In this document: in pieces, positions 41,045 through 50,650 of the stretch
How positions within the stretch are numbered: position 1 is the stretch's first letter
Layout: every line of letters starts with the position of its first letter
Source: Candidatus Methylomirabilia bacterium
GTDB lineage: Bacteria > Methylomirabilota > Methylomirabilia > Rokubacteriales > CSP1-6
Assembly (NCBI GenBank): GCA_041497895.1
Contig: JBGQHJ010000006.1
Coordinates: 1 to 64,000 of the forward strand
Direction of reading: 5' to 3'
Length of the DNA stretch: 64,000 nucleotides
The notes under the pieces: generated by a model
Databases searched by the model: none
The model's input: only the letters and a program-made list of their open reading frames with translations
What the model was told of the DNA's origin: nothing
Program-made: the position numbers and the translations under genes

Positions 41045-41377
41045 ATGACAACCGCGCTCATGCCCGCTCCCGAGCCCGCTCCCCGGCCATCGCTCCCGCG
41101 TCTGCCCAAGGGTCTGTCCACCACCGCGGCGCCGCCCGCCGCGCCGGCCCGTCCGCTCCCCGGCTTTCACGGCGCCGTCTCCGACTTCAAGCGGCGGCTC
41201 CTCGAGGCCACCCTGACCCAGGCCGGCGGCAACCGCACCCGCGCGGCGCGGGCGCTGGGACTGCAGCGAACGTATCTCCTGCGCCTGATCCGCGAGTTCG
41301 AGATCCACGTCCCGCCGCCGTCGGTGCCGCCGCGCCGCGGTGAGGCGACCGGCGTGGTCCTCCCGCAAACCCGTTGA
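41045..41377 (+). CDS. Stand-alone Fis-type HTH (HTH_8) protein with Pro-rich flanks
   Basis: FKRRLLEATLTQAGGNRTRAARALGLQRTYLLRLIRE; start at ATG 41045 or 41060. Confidence 0.8.
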   Translation: MTTALMPAPEPAPRPSLPRLPKGLSTTAAPPAAPARPLPGFHGAVSDFKRRLLEATLTQAGGNRTRAARALGLQRTYLLRLIREFEIHVPPPSVPPRRGEATGVVLPQTR

Positions 41378-41409
41378 CACGGAGGTCGCGGCCCGGTTGA
41401 AATGGGCCC

Positions 41410-42537
41410 GTGACGGACGTGTGGATCGCCGGTGCGGGTATGACCCGCTTTGGACGGCGCGACGAGAATCTCCCCGACCTCATCGCCGAGGCCGCCCTCG
41501 CCGCGATGGCCGACGCGGGCATCGAGCGTCCCGAGGCGCTGATGGTCGCGGTCATGAACCCGGAGGAGTTCACCGGGGAGGGCAACTACGGCTCGCTGAT
41601 CGCCACGCGGCTCGGTCTCTCCCATGCGCCGGCGCTGCGAGTGGAGACCGCGACGTCGTCCGGGGCGGCCGCGGTCTACGTCGCCTACGCGGCGATCGCG
41701 GCCGGCTTCCATCGCTCGATCCTGGTCGTGGGCGGCGAGAAGATGACCCACGTGCCCACCCCGCGCGTGTCCGAGATCATCGGCCGCTCCATCGATCCGC
41801 ACGAGAAGAGCTACGGGACCACCATGCCCGCGCTGGCCGGCCTGATCACGCGGGCGGCCATGCACCGCCGTGGCATGACGCTCCGCGAGATCTCGCAGGT
41901 GGCGGTCAAGAATCACGCCCACGGCGCGCGCAACCCGTACGCCCACTTCCGGGAGCCGGTGAAGCTCGAGGCGGTGATGGAGAGCCGGCTGGTGGCCGAC
42001 CCCCTGCGCCTCTTCCACTGCTGCCCGATCTCGGACGGCGGCGCGGCGCTCCTGCTGACCGCCGAGCCCCGGGCGGTCCGGATCGCCGGGATCGGGCAGG
42101 GGGGCGACTCCATCGCGGTGCGCTACCGAAGCGATCTCACGTCGTTCAAGGCGACGCAGACGGCGGCGGCGGCGGCCTATCGCATGGCCGGCTTCGGCGC
42201 CGAGCGGGTGGAGGTGGCCGAGATCCACGACGCCTTCACGCCGTTCGAGCTGATCTCGCTCGAGGACACCGGGCTGGTGCCGCCCGGCAAGTCGGGCCGC
42301 GCGACCCTCGACGGCGAGACCGCGGTGGGCGGGCGGCTGCCGGTCAACCCCTCGGGCGGGCTCAAGGCGCGGGGGCACCCGCTGGCCGCCACCGGCATCG
42401 CCCAGCTCGTCGAGCTGTGCTGGCAGCTTCGCGGCAAGGCCGAGGGCCGCCAGGTCGCGGCCCGCGTCGGCCTGGCCCAGTCGATCGGCGGACTCGCCAC
42501 CAACAACTGGGTGACTCTGGTGGAGGCGCGCCGCTGA
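41410..42537 (+). CDS. Thiolase family protein (SCP-x type)
   Basis: CPISDGGAA, AEIHDAFT and VNPSGGLKARGHPLAATG; TTGACA-N18-TGAAAT ends 6 nt before the GTG. Confidence 0.9.
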   Translation: MTDVWIAGAGMTRFGRRDENLPDLIAEAALAAMADAGIERPEALMVAVMNPEEFTGEGNYGSLIATRLGLSHAPALRVETATSSGAAAVYVAYAAIAAGFHRSILVVGGEKMTHVPTPRVSEIIGRSIDPHEKSYGTTMPALAGLITRAAMHRRGMTLREISQVAVKNHAHGARNPYAHFREPVKLEAVMESRLVADPLRLFHCCPISDGGAALLLTAEPRAVRIAGIGQGGDSIAVRYRSDLTSFKATQTAAAAAYRMAGFGAERVEVAEIHDAFTPFELISLEDTGLVPPGKSGRATLDGETAVGGRLPVNPSGGLKARGHPLAATGIAQLVELCWQLRGKAEGRQVAARVGLAQSIGGLATNNWVTLVEARR

Positions 42538-42965
42538 TGCCGGATCTGCTGCGCGCCTCCCGCTGCCCCCGCTGCCGCCGGCTCGTGGTGCCGCCGGCCA
42601 GCCTCTGCCCCGACCATCCGGTGAAGATGGAGGCGGCCACGCTGCCGCCGCTCGGCGAGGTGGTCTCGTTCACCACGCTGCACTCGCCGCCCGAGGGCTT
42701 CCGGGCCCCGCTGCATCTGGCCCTGGTGGAGCTCGAGGGCGGCGCGCGGCTCTTCTGCCACGGCGCGGCCACCGACGGGGTCAAGATCGGCTCGCACGTC
42801 TCGGTGGAGGCGGTAGACTCGGTGTTCTACTTCTCGAACATGGGCTTCACCGACCGGGCGCGCCTCTTCTGGCGCCGCGCCGGCGCGCGCGGCGAGCGCA
42901 TCGCCGCGATCGGCAAGAGCGTCGTGAAAGGCGCGTGGAACAGGAGACCCCGTGGCGACGACTAG
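42537..42965 (+). CDS. DUF35-type Zn-ribbon/OB-fold acyl-CoA-binding protein
   Basis: CPRC...PPASLCPDH, GEVVSFT and LALVELEGG; TGATG coupling to the thiolase. Confidence 0.82.
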   Translation: MPDLLRASRCPRCRRLVVPPASLCPDHPVKMEAATLPPLGEVVSFTTLHSPPEGFRAPLHLALVELEGGARLFCHGAATDGVKIGSHVSVEAVDSVFYFSNMGFTDRARLFWRRAGARGERIAAIGKSVVKGAWNRRPRGDD

Positions 42966-44211
42966 GACCCGCTCCCGCAAGACGGCCCCGCGCCGTGTCT
43001 CGAAGCCCGCGGCGCCCCGGCGCGCCCGGCCGCCGCTCGCCGGGGTGCGCGTCGTCGATCTCACCCGCGTGCTCGCCGGGCCCTTCTGCGCCATGTCGCT
43101 CGGCGACATGGGTGCGGAGGTCATCAAGGTCGAGGAGCCGGGCAAGGGGGACGACACGCGCGGCTGGCCGCCGTTCGTCCACGGTGAGGCCACCTACTTC
43201 CTCTCGGTCAACCGGAACAAGAAGAGCCTCACGCTCAACATGAAAGCCCCCGAGGGGCAGGAGATCCTCCGCCGGCTTCTCGCCTCCGCCGACGTGGTGC
43301 TGGAGAACTTCCGGCCCGGCACCATGGAGCGGCTGGGCTTCGGCTACACGGCGCTCCGGAAGGCCAATCCCAGGCTGGTGTACTGCTCGATCTCCGGGTT
43401 CGGCGAGAGCGGCCCCGAGGCCCACCGGCCCGGCTACGACCTGATCGTGCAGGGCGAGTCCGGGGTCATGGACATCACAGGCTTCCCCGACGGTCCGCCG
43501 GTGAAGGTCGGCAACTCGATCGGCGACCTGGTAGCCGGCATGGCCGCCGCGCAGGGCATCACGCTCGCCCTCCTGAGCCGCGAGAAGACCGGCAAGGGGC
43601 AGAAGGTCGAGATCGGCATGCTCGACGTGATGGCCTCGCTGCTCACCTACCAGGCCGGGCTCTACTGGAACGCGGGCGGCCGTCCCGCCCGACGCGGCAA
43701 CGAGCACCCGTCGATCGTGCCCTACGAGGTCTTCAAGGCGAAGGACGTCTACATCACCCTCGGCGTGGCCAACAACTCGCTCTGGGATCGAACCTGTCGC
43801 GCGCTCGAGCGCCTAGACCTGATCAAGGACGCGCGCTTCGACACCGAGGCCAACCGGGTCACCAACCGCAAGATCCTGGTGCCGCTGCTCAACGAGATTC
43901 TCGGCGCGCGCCCGGCCGACGAGTGGCTTGCCCGCCTCGACAAGGCCGGCGTGCCCGCGGGCCGCATCAAGAGCGTGGCCGAGGTGTGCGAGAGCGCACA
44001 CCTGCGCGCGCGCGGCATGATGGTGTCGCTGCCGCATCCGAAGGCGGGGCCGATCACGGTGATGGGCGTGCCGGTGCGCCTGCACGACACGCCGGGCGCG
44101 GCTTCGGCTCCGCCCCCGCTGCTGGGCCAGCACACCGACGAGATCCTGACCCGTCTGCTGCGCATGCCCAAGGCGCGCGTCGACAAGCTGCGCGCCGCCG
44201 GCGTGGTGTAG
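42952..44211 (+). CDS. Class III CoA transferase (CaiB/BaiF family)
   Basis: DLTRVLAGP, NRNKKS, ENFRPG, SISGFG and GYDLIVQ. Confidence 0.92.
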   Translation: MATTRTRSRKTAPRRVSKPAAPRRARPPLAGVRVVDLTRVLAGPFCAMSLGDMGAEVIKVEEPGKGDDTRGWPPFVHGEATYFLSVNRNKKSLTLNMKAPEGQEILRRLLASADVVLENFRPGTMERLGFGYTALRKANPRLVYCSISGFGESGPEAHRPGYDLIVQGESGVMDITGFPDGPPVKVGNSIGDLVAGMAAAQGITLALLSREKTGKGQKVEIGMLDVMASLLTYQAGLYWNAGGRPARRGNEHPSIVPYEVFKAKDVYITLGVANNSLWDRTCRALERLDLIKDARFDTEANRVTNRKILVPLLNEILGARPADEWLARLDKAGVPAGRIKSVAEVCESAHLRARGMMVSLPHPKAGPITVMGVPVRLHDTPGAASAPPPLLGQHTDEILTRLLRMPKARVDKLRAAGVV

Positions 44212-44228
44212 CCGCGGGGCCGGGCCCG

Positions 44229-44642
44229 ATGGGCCCGCTCGGGCTCGAGGTCGGGCAGAAGGCGCGGCGCACCCAGACCGTGACCTCGCAGGACGTTGAG
44301 CTATACGCGCGGCTCACCGGCGACCGCAACCCACTCCACTTCGACGCCGACTTCGCCGCGCGCACGCGCTTCGGGCGGCTGGTGGCCCAGGGCGGCATCG
44401 CGGCCGGGATGCTGAACGCGCTGGTCGCGATGGACCTGCCGGGGGCCGGTACCGTGTTCATGAGCCAGTCCCTCAAGTACCTGGCTCCGACCTATCTCGG
44501 CGACACCGTCACCGCCGAGGTGGAGGTGCTCGCGCTCAAGCCCGACAAGCCGGTGTGCCAGCTGCGGGCCACGATCACCAACCAGGACGGGACGGTGCTG
44601 CTCGAGGGGGAGTGCTGGACCTACACCCTCCGCCCGTCCTGA
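44229..44642 (+). CDS. MaoC family (hot-dog) dehydratase
   Basis: TGDRNPLHFD hydratase motif and LPGAGTV. Confidence 0.9.
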   Translation: MGPLGLEVGQKARRTQTVTSQDVELYARLTGDRNPLHFDADFAARTRFGRLVAQGGIAAGMLNALVAMDLPGAGTVFMSQSLKYLAPTYLGDTVTAEVEVLALKPDKPVCQLRATITNQDGTVLLEGECWTYTLRPS

Positions 44643-44657
44643 CCGGGCGCAGCCCGA

Positions 44658-45389
44658 TCACCACCGGCCGCTGACCAGCAACCACGCGCCGAGCACGGCC
44701 AGGAAGACCAGCACCGCGCGGTTGAACGTCCGCTGGTCGAGCCGGTCCTGCACGCGCAGGCCGACCGCGAATCCGGCCAGCGCCACCACGGTGAGGGCCG
44801 TCGACGTCCAGAGCAGCGGCCAGGGCAGCAGCCCGTACCACGTGACCGCGCCCAGCTGCACCAGCTTGTAGAAGAAGAACGTGAACGCGATCGACGAGAT
44901 GAAGTCGTGCTTGGAGAGGCCGATGCCGTGGAAGTAGAGGACGAGCGCGGTGGCGGGGGAGTTGGTCACGCCGCCGATGACGCCGGCCACGAAGCCGGCG
45001 GGCGGTGAGAGCCAGGGCTCCCAGCGCGCGGGGATCTTCGGGGCGAGGCCGGTGACGTTGAGCGTGACGAAGATCAGGACGAAGAGGCCGAGGGTGAGGG
45101 TGGCCGCGCGCGGGGAGAGCAGCGTCAGCACCCGCGTGCCGAGCACGATGCCGACCCCGCCCGAGAGCAGCAGGGTGCCGAACCGGCGCACGGTGGCCAG
45201 CGGGGCCCCGCGCCGCGTGAACTGGATGCCGTCCATCACGATGTTGGGGAGGATGAGGAGCACCACCGCGGTCTTCACGTCCACGACCAGGCTCAGCAGC
45301 GGAGTGGCGAGAGAGGGGAAGCCGAAGCCGATGGCGCCCTTGATGAACGCCGCCACCAGCACCACCGCCGCCATCACGGCCGAGATCAC
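44658..45389 (-). CDS. Sulfite exporter TauE/SafE family membrane protein
   Basis: [12 protein letters not shown]-terminal motif and multiple TM helices; TATGCT -10 lies 6 nt before the GTG. Confidence 0.82.
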   Translation of the reverse strand: MISAVMAAVVLVAAFIKGAIGFGFPSLATPLLSLVVDVKTAVVLLILPNIVMDGIQFTRRGAPLATVRRFGTLLLSGGVGIVLGTRVLTLLSPRAATLTLGLFVLIFVTLNVTGLAPKIPARWEPWLSPPAGFVAGVIGGVTNSPATALVLYFHGIGLSKHDFISSIAFTFFFYKLVQLGAVTWYGLLPWPLLWTSTALTVVALAGFAVGLRVQDRLDQRTFNRAVLVFLAVLGAWLLVSGRW

Positions 45390-45442
45390 CGCCCGAGCAT
45401 AACTTGACACTCGCCCGGCCGGGGCGGGATGATTGGTCCCCC

Positions 45443-47047
45443 ATGGCCGTGACGGAAGGTTCGCGTCAGATCAAGATCTACGACACCACTCTCCGCGACG
45501 GTACGCAGGGCGAGGGCGTGGCCTTCTCCATGGAGGACAAGGTCCGCATCGCCCAGCGCCTCGACGCGCTCGGCGTTCACTACATCGAGGGCGGCTGGCC
45601 CGGCTCGAATCCCAAGGACCTGCGCTTCTTCAAGCGGGTGCAGGACGCGGTGTTCAAGTCGGCCAAGATCAGCGCGTTCGGGGCCACCCGGCGCCCGGGG
45701 GTGCGGCCGCAGGACGACGGCAACCTCCAGGCGCTGGTGGAGGCGGGCCCGCCGGTCGTCACCATCTTCGGCAAGGCGTGGGACTTCCACGTGACCTCGG
45801 CGCTCGGCACCACGCTCGAGGAGAACGTGGCCATGATCGCGGACTCGATCGCATATCTCCTCAAGCACTTCGAGGAGGTCATCTACGACGCCGAGCACTT
45901 CTTCGACGGCTTCAAGCGCAACCCCGACTACGCGATGCGGACGCTCCTGGCCGCGGAATCGGCGGGCGCTCACTGCCTCGTGCTCTGCGACACCAACGGG
46001 GGTAGCCTGCCGCACGAGGTCGGCACGATCATCCAGACGGTCAAGCGCGCGGTGAAGGCGGAGACGCCGCTCGGCATCCACGTGCACAACGACACCGAGT
46101 GCGCGGTGGCCTCGTCGCTCGCCGCGGTGGGCGAGGGGATCGGGCACGTGCAGGGGACGATCAACGGCTACGGCGAGCGATGCGGCAACGCCAACCTGGT
46201 CTCGATCATCCCGAACCTCGTGCTCAAGATGGGGCTCGACTGCATCCCGCGCGCGAACCTGCGGGAGCTGCGCGACGTCTCGCGCCTGGTTTCCGAGCTC
46301 GCCAACCGCAAGCCGTGGTCGGCCCAGCCCTACGTGGGCGACTCGGCCTTCGCCCACAAGGGCGGCATCCACGTCTCCGCGGTGCTCAAGCATCCCGAGA
46401 CCTACGAGCACGTGGACCCGGACGCGGTCGGCAACCAGCGCCGGGTGCTGGTGTCGGAGCTGGCCGGGCAGTCGAACGTGCTCTGGAAGGCCAAGGAATA
46501 CGGCATCGACCTCGACAAGAACACGCCGGAGGCGCGGCGCATCCTCGAGATGCTCAAGCGGCTCGAGGACGAGGGCTTCCTGTTCGAGGGCGCCGAGGCC
46601 TCGTTCGAGCTGCTGATGGAGCGCGCGCTCGGCAACCATCGGCCCTACTTCGAGCTGGGCGGCTACCGGGTGATCGTGGAGGAGAACGCGGGCGACGGCG
46701 AGCCGGTGGCCGAGGCCACCGTGCGGCTGCGCGTGAAGGGCATCGAGGAGCACACCGCGGCGGCGGGCAACGGCCCGGTGCATGCGCTCGACCACGCCCT
46801 GCGAAAGGCCCTCGAGGACTTCTACCCGAACCTGCGCGAGATGGCGCTGCTCGACTACAAGGTGCGGATCCTTGACGAGTCGAAGGCGACCGCGGCGAAG
46901 ACGCGGGTGCTGATCACGTCCGGCGACGGGAACGAGACGTGGGGGACGGTCGGCGTCGCCGACAACATCATCGAGGCGTCGTGGCAGGCGCTCGTCGACT
47001 CCGTGGAGTACAAGCTGCGGCGGGACGAAAAGCAGGGGAAGCGGTAG
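45443..47047 (+). CDS. cimA: Citramalate synthase (DRE-TIM, bacterial CimA type)
   Basis: [55 protein letters not shown] and a regulatory domain. Confidence 0.88.
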   Translation: MAVTEGSRQIKIYDTTLRDGTQGEGVAFSMEDKVRIAQRLDALGVHYIEGGWPGSNPKDLRFFKRVQDAVFKSAKISAFGATRRPGVRPQDDGNLQALVEAGPPVVTIFGKAWDFHVTSALGTTLEENVAMIADSIAYLLKHFEEVIYDAEHFFDGFKRNPDYAMRTLLAAESAGAHCLVLCDTNGGSLPHEVGTIIQTVKRAVKAETPLGIHVHNDTECAVASSLAAVGEGIGHVQGTINGYGERCGNANLVSIIPNLVLKMGLDCIPRANLRELRDVSRLVSELANRKPWSAQPYVGDSAFAHKGGIHVSAVLKHPETYEHVDPDAVGNQRRVLVSELAGQSNVLWKAKEYGIDLDKNTPEARRILEMLKRLEDEGFLFEGAEASFELLMERALGNHRPYFELGGYRVIVEENAGDGEPVAEATVRLRVKGIEEHTAAAGNGPVHALDHALRKALEDFYPNLREMALLDYKVRILDESKATAAKTRVLITSGDGNETWGTVGVADNIIEASWQALVDSVEYKLRRDEKQGKR

Positions 47048-47151
47048 GGGCAGGGCGGCGGGGGCGCGGGCGACAGCGCGCCCTTGTTCGATACCCCACT
47101 CACCGGGCCCGCCGCCGCCCGCGCCCCCCGCCGCCCTGCCCCTACCGCTTC
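47038..47151. repeat. Long inverted repeat (about 35-bp arms) overlapping the cimA stop
   Basis: GAAGCGGTAGGGGCAGGGCGGCGGGGGCGCGGGCG (47038-47072) pairs with 47116-47151 with one extra C. Confidence 0.85.
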
Positions 47152-47188
47152 GGGAGAATGAACGGCAAACCGCACATGGCTGACCGCA

Positions 47189-48124
47189 ATGGCTAGCATC
47201 TCGGCGAAGCTCATCGAGGACACCGCCCGCGAGCTGACGGCTCGGGCGGCGATCGACATTCCCAGCGACTACCGCGAAGGCGTTCGCTTGGCGCGGGATC
47301 GGGAGGGGAATCGGCTGGCGCGGTTCGTGCTGGAGCAGATGCTGGGGAACTGGGAGATTGCTTCGGCGGATCGGCGGCCGATGTGCGCGGATACCGGGCT
47401 GCCGCGGTACTACGTGAAGCTGGGGAACGAGGCGGTGGTGGAGGGGGGACTGGTGGCGCTGGAGCGCGCGCTCCGGCGGGCGACCGCGGAGGCGACGCAG
47501 GCGATCCCGCTGCGGCCGAACCGGGTGCATCCGCTCACCCGGGAGGACCGGAACGACAACGTGGGGATCCACGCGCCCGAGGTCACCTACGCGGTGGAGC
47601 CGGGCGCGGACTGGATCGACGTCACCACCGTGCACAAGGGCGGCCTCTTCGGCAGCGACTTCCGCATGCTGTTCCCGGGTGACGGCGTGGCCGGCATCAA
47701 GCGCTTCTTCGTCGACACCTTGATCGAGTCGGGCAAGCGCGGCCTGGCCTGCCAGCCCGCCATCGTCGGGGTCGGGATCGGCGGGGCCAAGGATACCTGC
47801 GTGCGGCTCGGCAAGGAGGCGGCGTGCCTGCGCACCGTCGGGAGCCGCAATCCGGATCCGGCGGCGGCCGCGCTCGAGGAGGAGCTGACCGCGCTCGGCA
47901 ACTACATCGGCATCGGGGCCATGGGCTTCGCGGGCACCTCGATGGTGGTGGCCACCCACGTGGAGCTGGCCTACACGCACACCGGCGGCATGCCGATCGG
48001 CATCCACCAGTTCTGCCTCTCGTCGCGACGGGCGACCGCGCGCCTGCATCCCGACGGGCGCGTGGAGTTCCGGGGCGATCCGGAGTGGTTCACCGACTAT
48101 TACCGGCGGGCCGGGATCGAGTGA
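47189..48124 (+). CDS. Class I fumarase/L-tartrate dehydratase alpha subunit-like (divergent)
   Basis: PMCADTG, IPLRPN, ACQPAIVGVGIGG and GIGAMG; three Fe-S cysteines retained. Confidence 0.82.
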   Translation: MASISAKLIEDTARELTARAAIDIPSDYREGVRLARDREGNRLARFVLEQMLGNWEIASADRRPMCADTGLPRYYVKLGNEAVVEGGLVALERALRRATAEATQAIPLRPNRVHPLTREDRNDNVGIHAPEVTYAVEPGADWIDVTTVHKGGLFGSDFRMLFPGDGVAGIKRFFVDTLIESGKRGLACQPAIVGVGIGGAKDTCVRLGKEAACLRTVGSRNPDPAAAALEEELTALGNYIGIGAMGFAGTSMVVATHVELAYTHTGGMPIGIHQFCLSSRRATARLHPDGRVEFRGDPEWFTDYYRRAGIE

Positions 48125-48819
48125 TGGCGGCCGTGATCGAGCGGCTCGACGACGTGGCGATGGACGAGGTGCATCTCACCACGCCGGTGTCGGACGCGGC
48201 CATCCGCTCGCTCAAGCTGGGCGACGTGGTCTACCTGAGCGGCGTCCTCTATACCGCGCGCGAGGGGGTCTACCGCCAGGTGGTGGACAGGAGCGTGCCC
48301 TTCCCGGAATCGGTGCGCGCGCTCACCAACGTGAACTTCCACTGCTCGCCCGCCGCGGCCACGCGACCCGACGGCACCCACGTGGTCGAGGCGGTCACCG
48401 CGACGGCCAGCTTCCGCTTCGGCAAGTCCATGGGCCCGTGGTTCGAGCGCTCCGGCGCGCGCGTGATCGTGGGCAAGGCCGGCCTCACCGAGCTGGCCTA
48501 TCGCGAGTGGTTCGTGCCCCACGGCGCGGTCTACCTCACCACGGTGGGCTACGGCATGGGCGCGGCCTACGGGCGCGGGATCACCCGCGTGCGGGAGGTG
48601 CACTGGCTGCGCGAGCTCGGCATCGCCCAGGCCCTCTGGGTGCTCGAGGTCGACCACCTGGGCCCGTTCCTCGTGGAAGGCGACGCCGCCGGCAAGAGCC
48701 TCTTCGCGCTGGCCAATCGCGAGATCAACCTCCGCATCGCCGAGGTCTACAAGTCCCTGCCGCCTCCCGCCCTCTCCCGCTTCGGCGAGATCCTCTCCCG
48801 CACCGACGAAGTCGTCTGA
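48124..48819 (+). CDS. Class I fumarase/L-tartrate dehydratase beta subunit-like (divergent)
   Basis: LKLGDVVYLSGVLYTARE, IVGKAG and GPFLVEGD; TGATG coupling. Confidence 0.8.
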   Translation: MAAVIERLDDVAMDEVHLTTPVSDAAIRSLKLGDVVYLSGVLYTAREGVYRQVVDRSVPFPESVRALTNVNFHCSPAAATRPDGTHVVEAVTATASFRFGKSMGPWFERSGARVIVGKAGLTELAYREWFVPHGAVYLTTVGYGMGAAYGRGITRVREVHWLRELGIAQALWVLEVDHLGPFLVEGDAAGKSLFALANREINLRIAEVYKSLPPPALSRFGEILSRTDEVV

Positions 48820-48820
48820 C

Positions 48821-48923
48821 GGGGTCAGGTCTTACATTCCGACATTTGGCCGCTCGCTAGTCCACCCGTCCGCCTCACGCGTGAGGACTCGCAGGGGAAT
48901 GTCGGAATGTAAGACCTGACCCC
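48821..48923. repeat. REP-like inverted doublet, family A copy 3
   Basis: Perfect 25-bp arms at 48821-48845 and 48899-48923, 53-nt spacer; between convergent genes. Confidence 0.9.
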
Positions 48924-49345
48924 AGCGCGAAGACGGGGTGGCGGGAGGCTTCGGCTTCGAAGGCAGCGAGGGGAGAGTCGGGGGTGACGTCGAAGTAGGG
49001 GCGGGTGATGGGGACGCGAGTGACGTAGCGCTGGAGCACGGGGGCGGCGTCGGCGGCGCCGAGCTCGCGGATCGGCACGGTCTCGGCGTGCCGGCCGCGG
49101 CTGAGAGTGACCTGGCCGGCGACGCGGGCGTTGCGAACCCACGCCACGTCGCCGTAGGGCGCGACCAGCCAGCGCTCGCCGCCTTCCTCGACGAGAGTGA
49201 CCGGCGTCGAGAGCGGGCGGCCCGTGCGCCGGCCCGGGACCGTGAGCAGATAGGTGGGGCCCGGCATCAGGCCGAGCTTCAGGAGCAGGCGCACCAGGCG
49301 ATTGGCGGCGCGCCGGCCGGGGCTCAGGCGATACGTGGCGGCCAT
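48875..49345 (-). CDS. Deazaflavin-dependent nitroreductase (F420H2 quinone reductase) family protein
   Basis: LLTVPGRRTGRPLSTPV, WVRNAR and HPVFAL; C-terminal tail runs through the repeat arm. Confidence 0.78.
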   Translation of the reverse strand: MAATYRLSPGRRAANRLVRLLLKLGLMPGPTYLLTVPGRRTGRPLSTPVTLVEEGGERWLVAPYGDVAWVRNARVAGQVTLSRGRHAETVPIRELGAADAAPVLQRYVTRVPITRPYFDVTPDSPLAAFEAEASRHPVFALGSGLTFRHSPASPHA

Positions 49346-49359
49346 GGGATCAAACCCCT

Positions 49360-49399
49360 CCTCACCCTGGCCCTCTCCCCTGAGGGGAGGGGGGAGGGG
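49360..49399 (-). repeat. Family B hairpin repeat copy 3 (supplies the C-terminus and stop of the sulfatase-like gene)
   Basis: Plus strand CCTCACCCTGG-CCCTCTCCCC-TGA-GGGGAGGGGG; read on minus as PPPSPQGRGPG*. Confidence 0.82.
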
Positions 49400-50642
49400 T
49401 CAGCTTGTCGGCGGACTCGCGGGCGGCGGCCGAGAAGATGCCGCGGGTCATGAGCGCGCGCGCTTCGCGGGCCCGGCGCTCGTAGATCCGCGCCCGCGCC
49501 GCGTGCGCGTCGCGATCGTCGGGTGCCGCGGCGATCGCCCAGTCGATCAGGTGGCTCGCGAGCGCGAGTCGTCCCCCCGCGGCGTGGCCCTCCGCCCGCG
49601 CCACCAGGCCCGCGACGCCGCCCGCCAGCGCCGCCACCTCGCGCCCGATCTCGGCCGCGGGTGCGGGCTGCAGATGCGCGGGCGCGCCGTCGTACCAGCC
49701 GCCATAGAGCCGCCACAGGTTGCGCACCACGTACTGGGGCTCGTCGTACACGGGCTGCAGGTAGGGGCGCCCGGCCAGGTGCGCGGGCGGCTGCACCTCG
49801 CGAACCACCTGCTCGAGGGTGGCGCCCGCGTTCATCAGCGCCAGGGTCTGGCTCACGAGCGTCTCGAGCCACTCCGCGGTCTCGGTGAGGGCCTGCCGCA
49901 CCCGGTCGGCCCCGAAGATGGGCGCGCCGTGCCCGGGGATCAGGAGCGTGGCCTCGCGGGTGGCCATCGTGCGCAGGGCGGCGGCCCACTCCGCCGCGAA
50001 CCGCTGCGCCTTCTGCGGGTTGCCCGCGTTGGGCGCCACCCAGAGGAAGAGGTCGCCCGTCCAGAGCACGCGCCGCTCCGGCCACCAGAGCCAGGTGTGG
50101 TCGTCGGTCTCGCCGCGCGCGTGCTCGAGCTCCAGGGCGACGCCGTCGGCCTCGAAGGGCAGGGTGCGCTCGTAGGTCGTATCCGGGTAGACGAACTCGG
50201 TGGGCCACGACGGCGCGTTCGAGAACTGGCGCATGTTGATGAGGCGGTTGTAGCCCGCGGTCGCGCGATAGCGGTCGAAGCGCGCGGCGACTTCGCGATG
50301 GGCCACGATCCGGGGACGCGGCCAGCCCTTCAGGGCGGCCTCGCCCAGGAAGGGCGGCAGCCCGAAGGCGTGGTCGGCGTGCCCGTGGGTGTAGATCGCG
50401 GCGCGTATCGGCGCCGGGTCGATGGCGCGGACCGCCGCGAAGGTCCGGTCCCGCGCGGCCTGGCTCGCGGTGTCGATCAGCACGAGCCCGTCGCCCGCGC
50501 GCAACACCGTGACGTTGGCGAAAGCGTGCAGGAAGAAGACGCCGGGCGCGATCTCCTCGGTTGCTCCGGTCGGCTTCCAGAGCGTGTAGGGCTCGATCGC
50601 GCCCGACCAGCTCTGCTCGGCCATCTCGCGGATCCGGCCCAC
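49362..50642 (-). CDS. MBL-fold alkyl/aryl sulfatase-like protein with dimerisation domain
   Basis: YTHGHADH, HARGETDD, PNAGNPQK, PGHG and LYGGWYDG. Confidence 0.85.
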   Translation of the reverse strand: MGRIREMAEQSWSGAIEPYTLWKPTGATEEIAPGVFFLHAFANVTVLRAGDGLVLIDTASQAARDRTFAAVRAIDPAPIRAAIYTHGHADHAFGLPPFLGEAALKGWPRPRIVAHREVAARFDRYRATAGYNRLINMRQFSNAPSWPTEFVYPDTTYERTLPFEADGVALELEHARGETDDHTWLWWPERRVLWTGDLFLWVAPNAGNPQKAQRFAAEWAAALRTMATREATLLIPGHGAPIFGADRVRQALTETAEWLETLVSQTLALMNAGATLEQVVREVQPPAHLAGRPYLQPVYDEPQYVVRNLWRLYGGWYDGAPAHLQPAPAAEIGREVAALAGGVAGLVARAEGHAAGGRLALASHLIDWAIAAAPDDRDAHAARARIYERRAREARALMTRGIFSAAARESADKLTPPPSPQGRGPG

Positions 50643-50650
50643 GCCCGACC

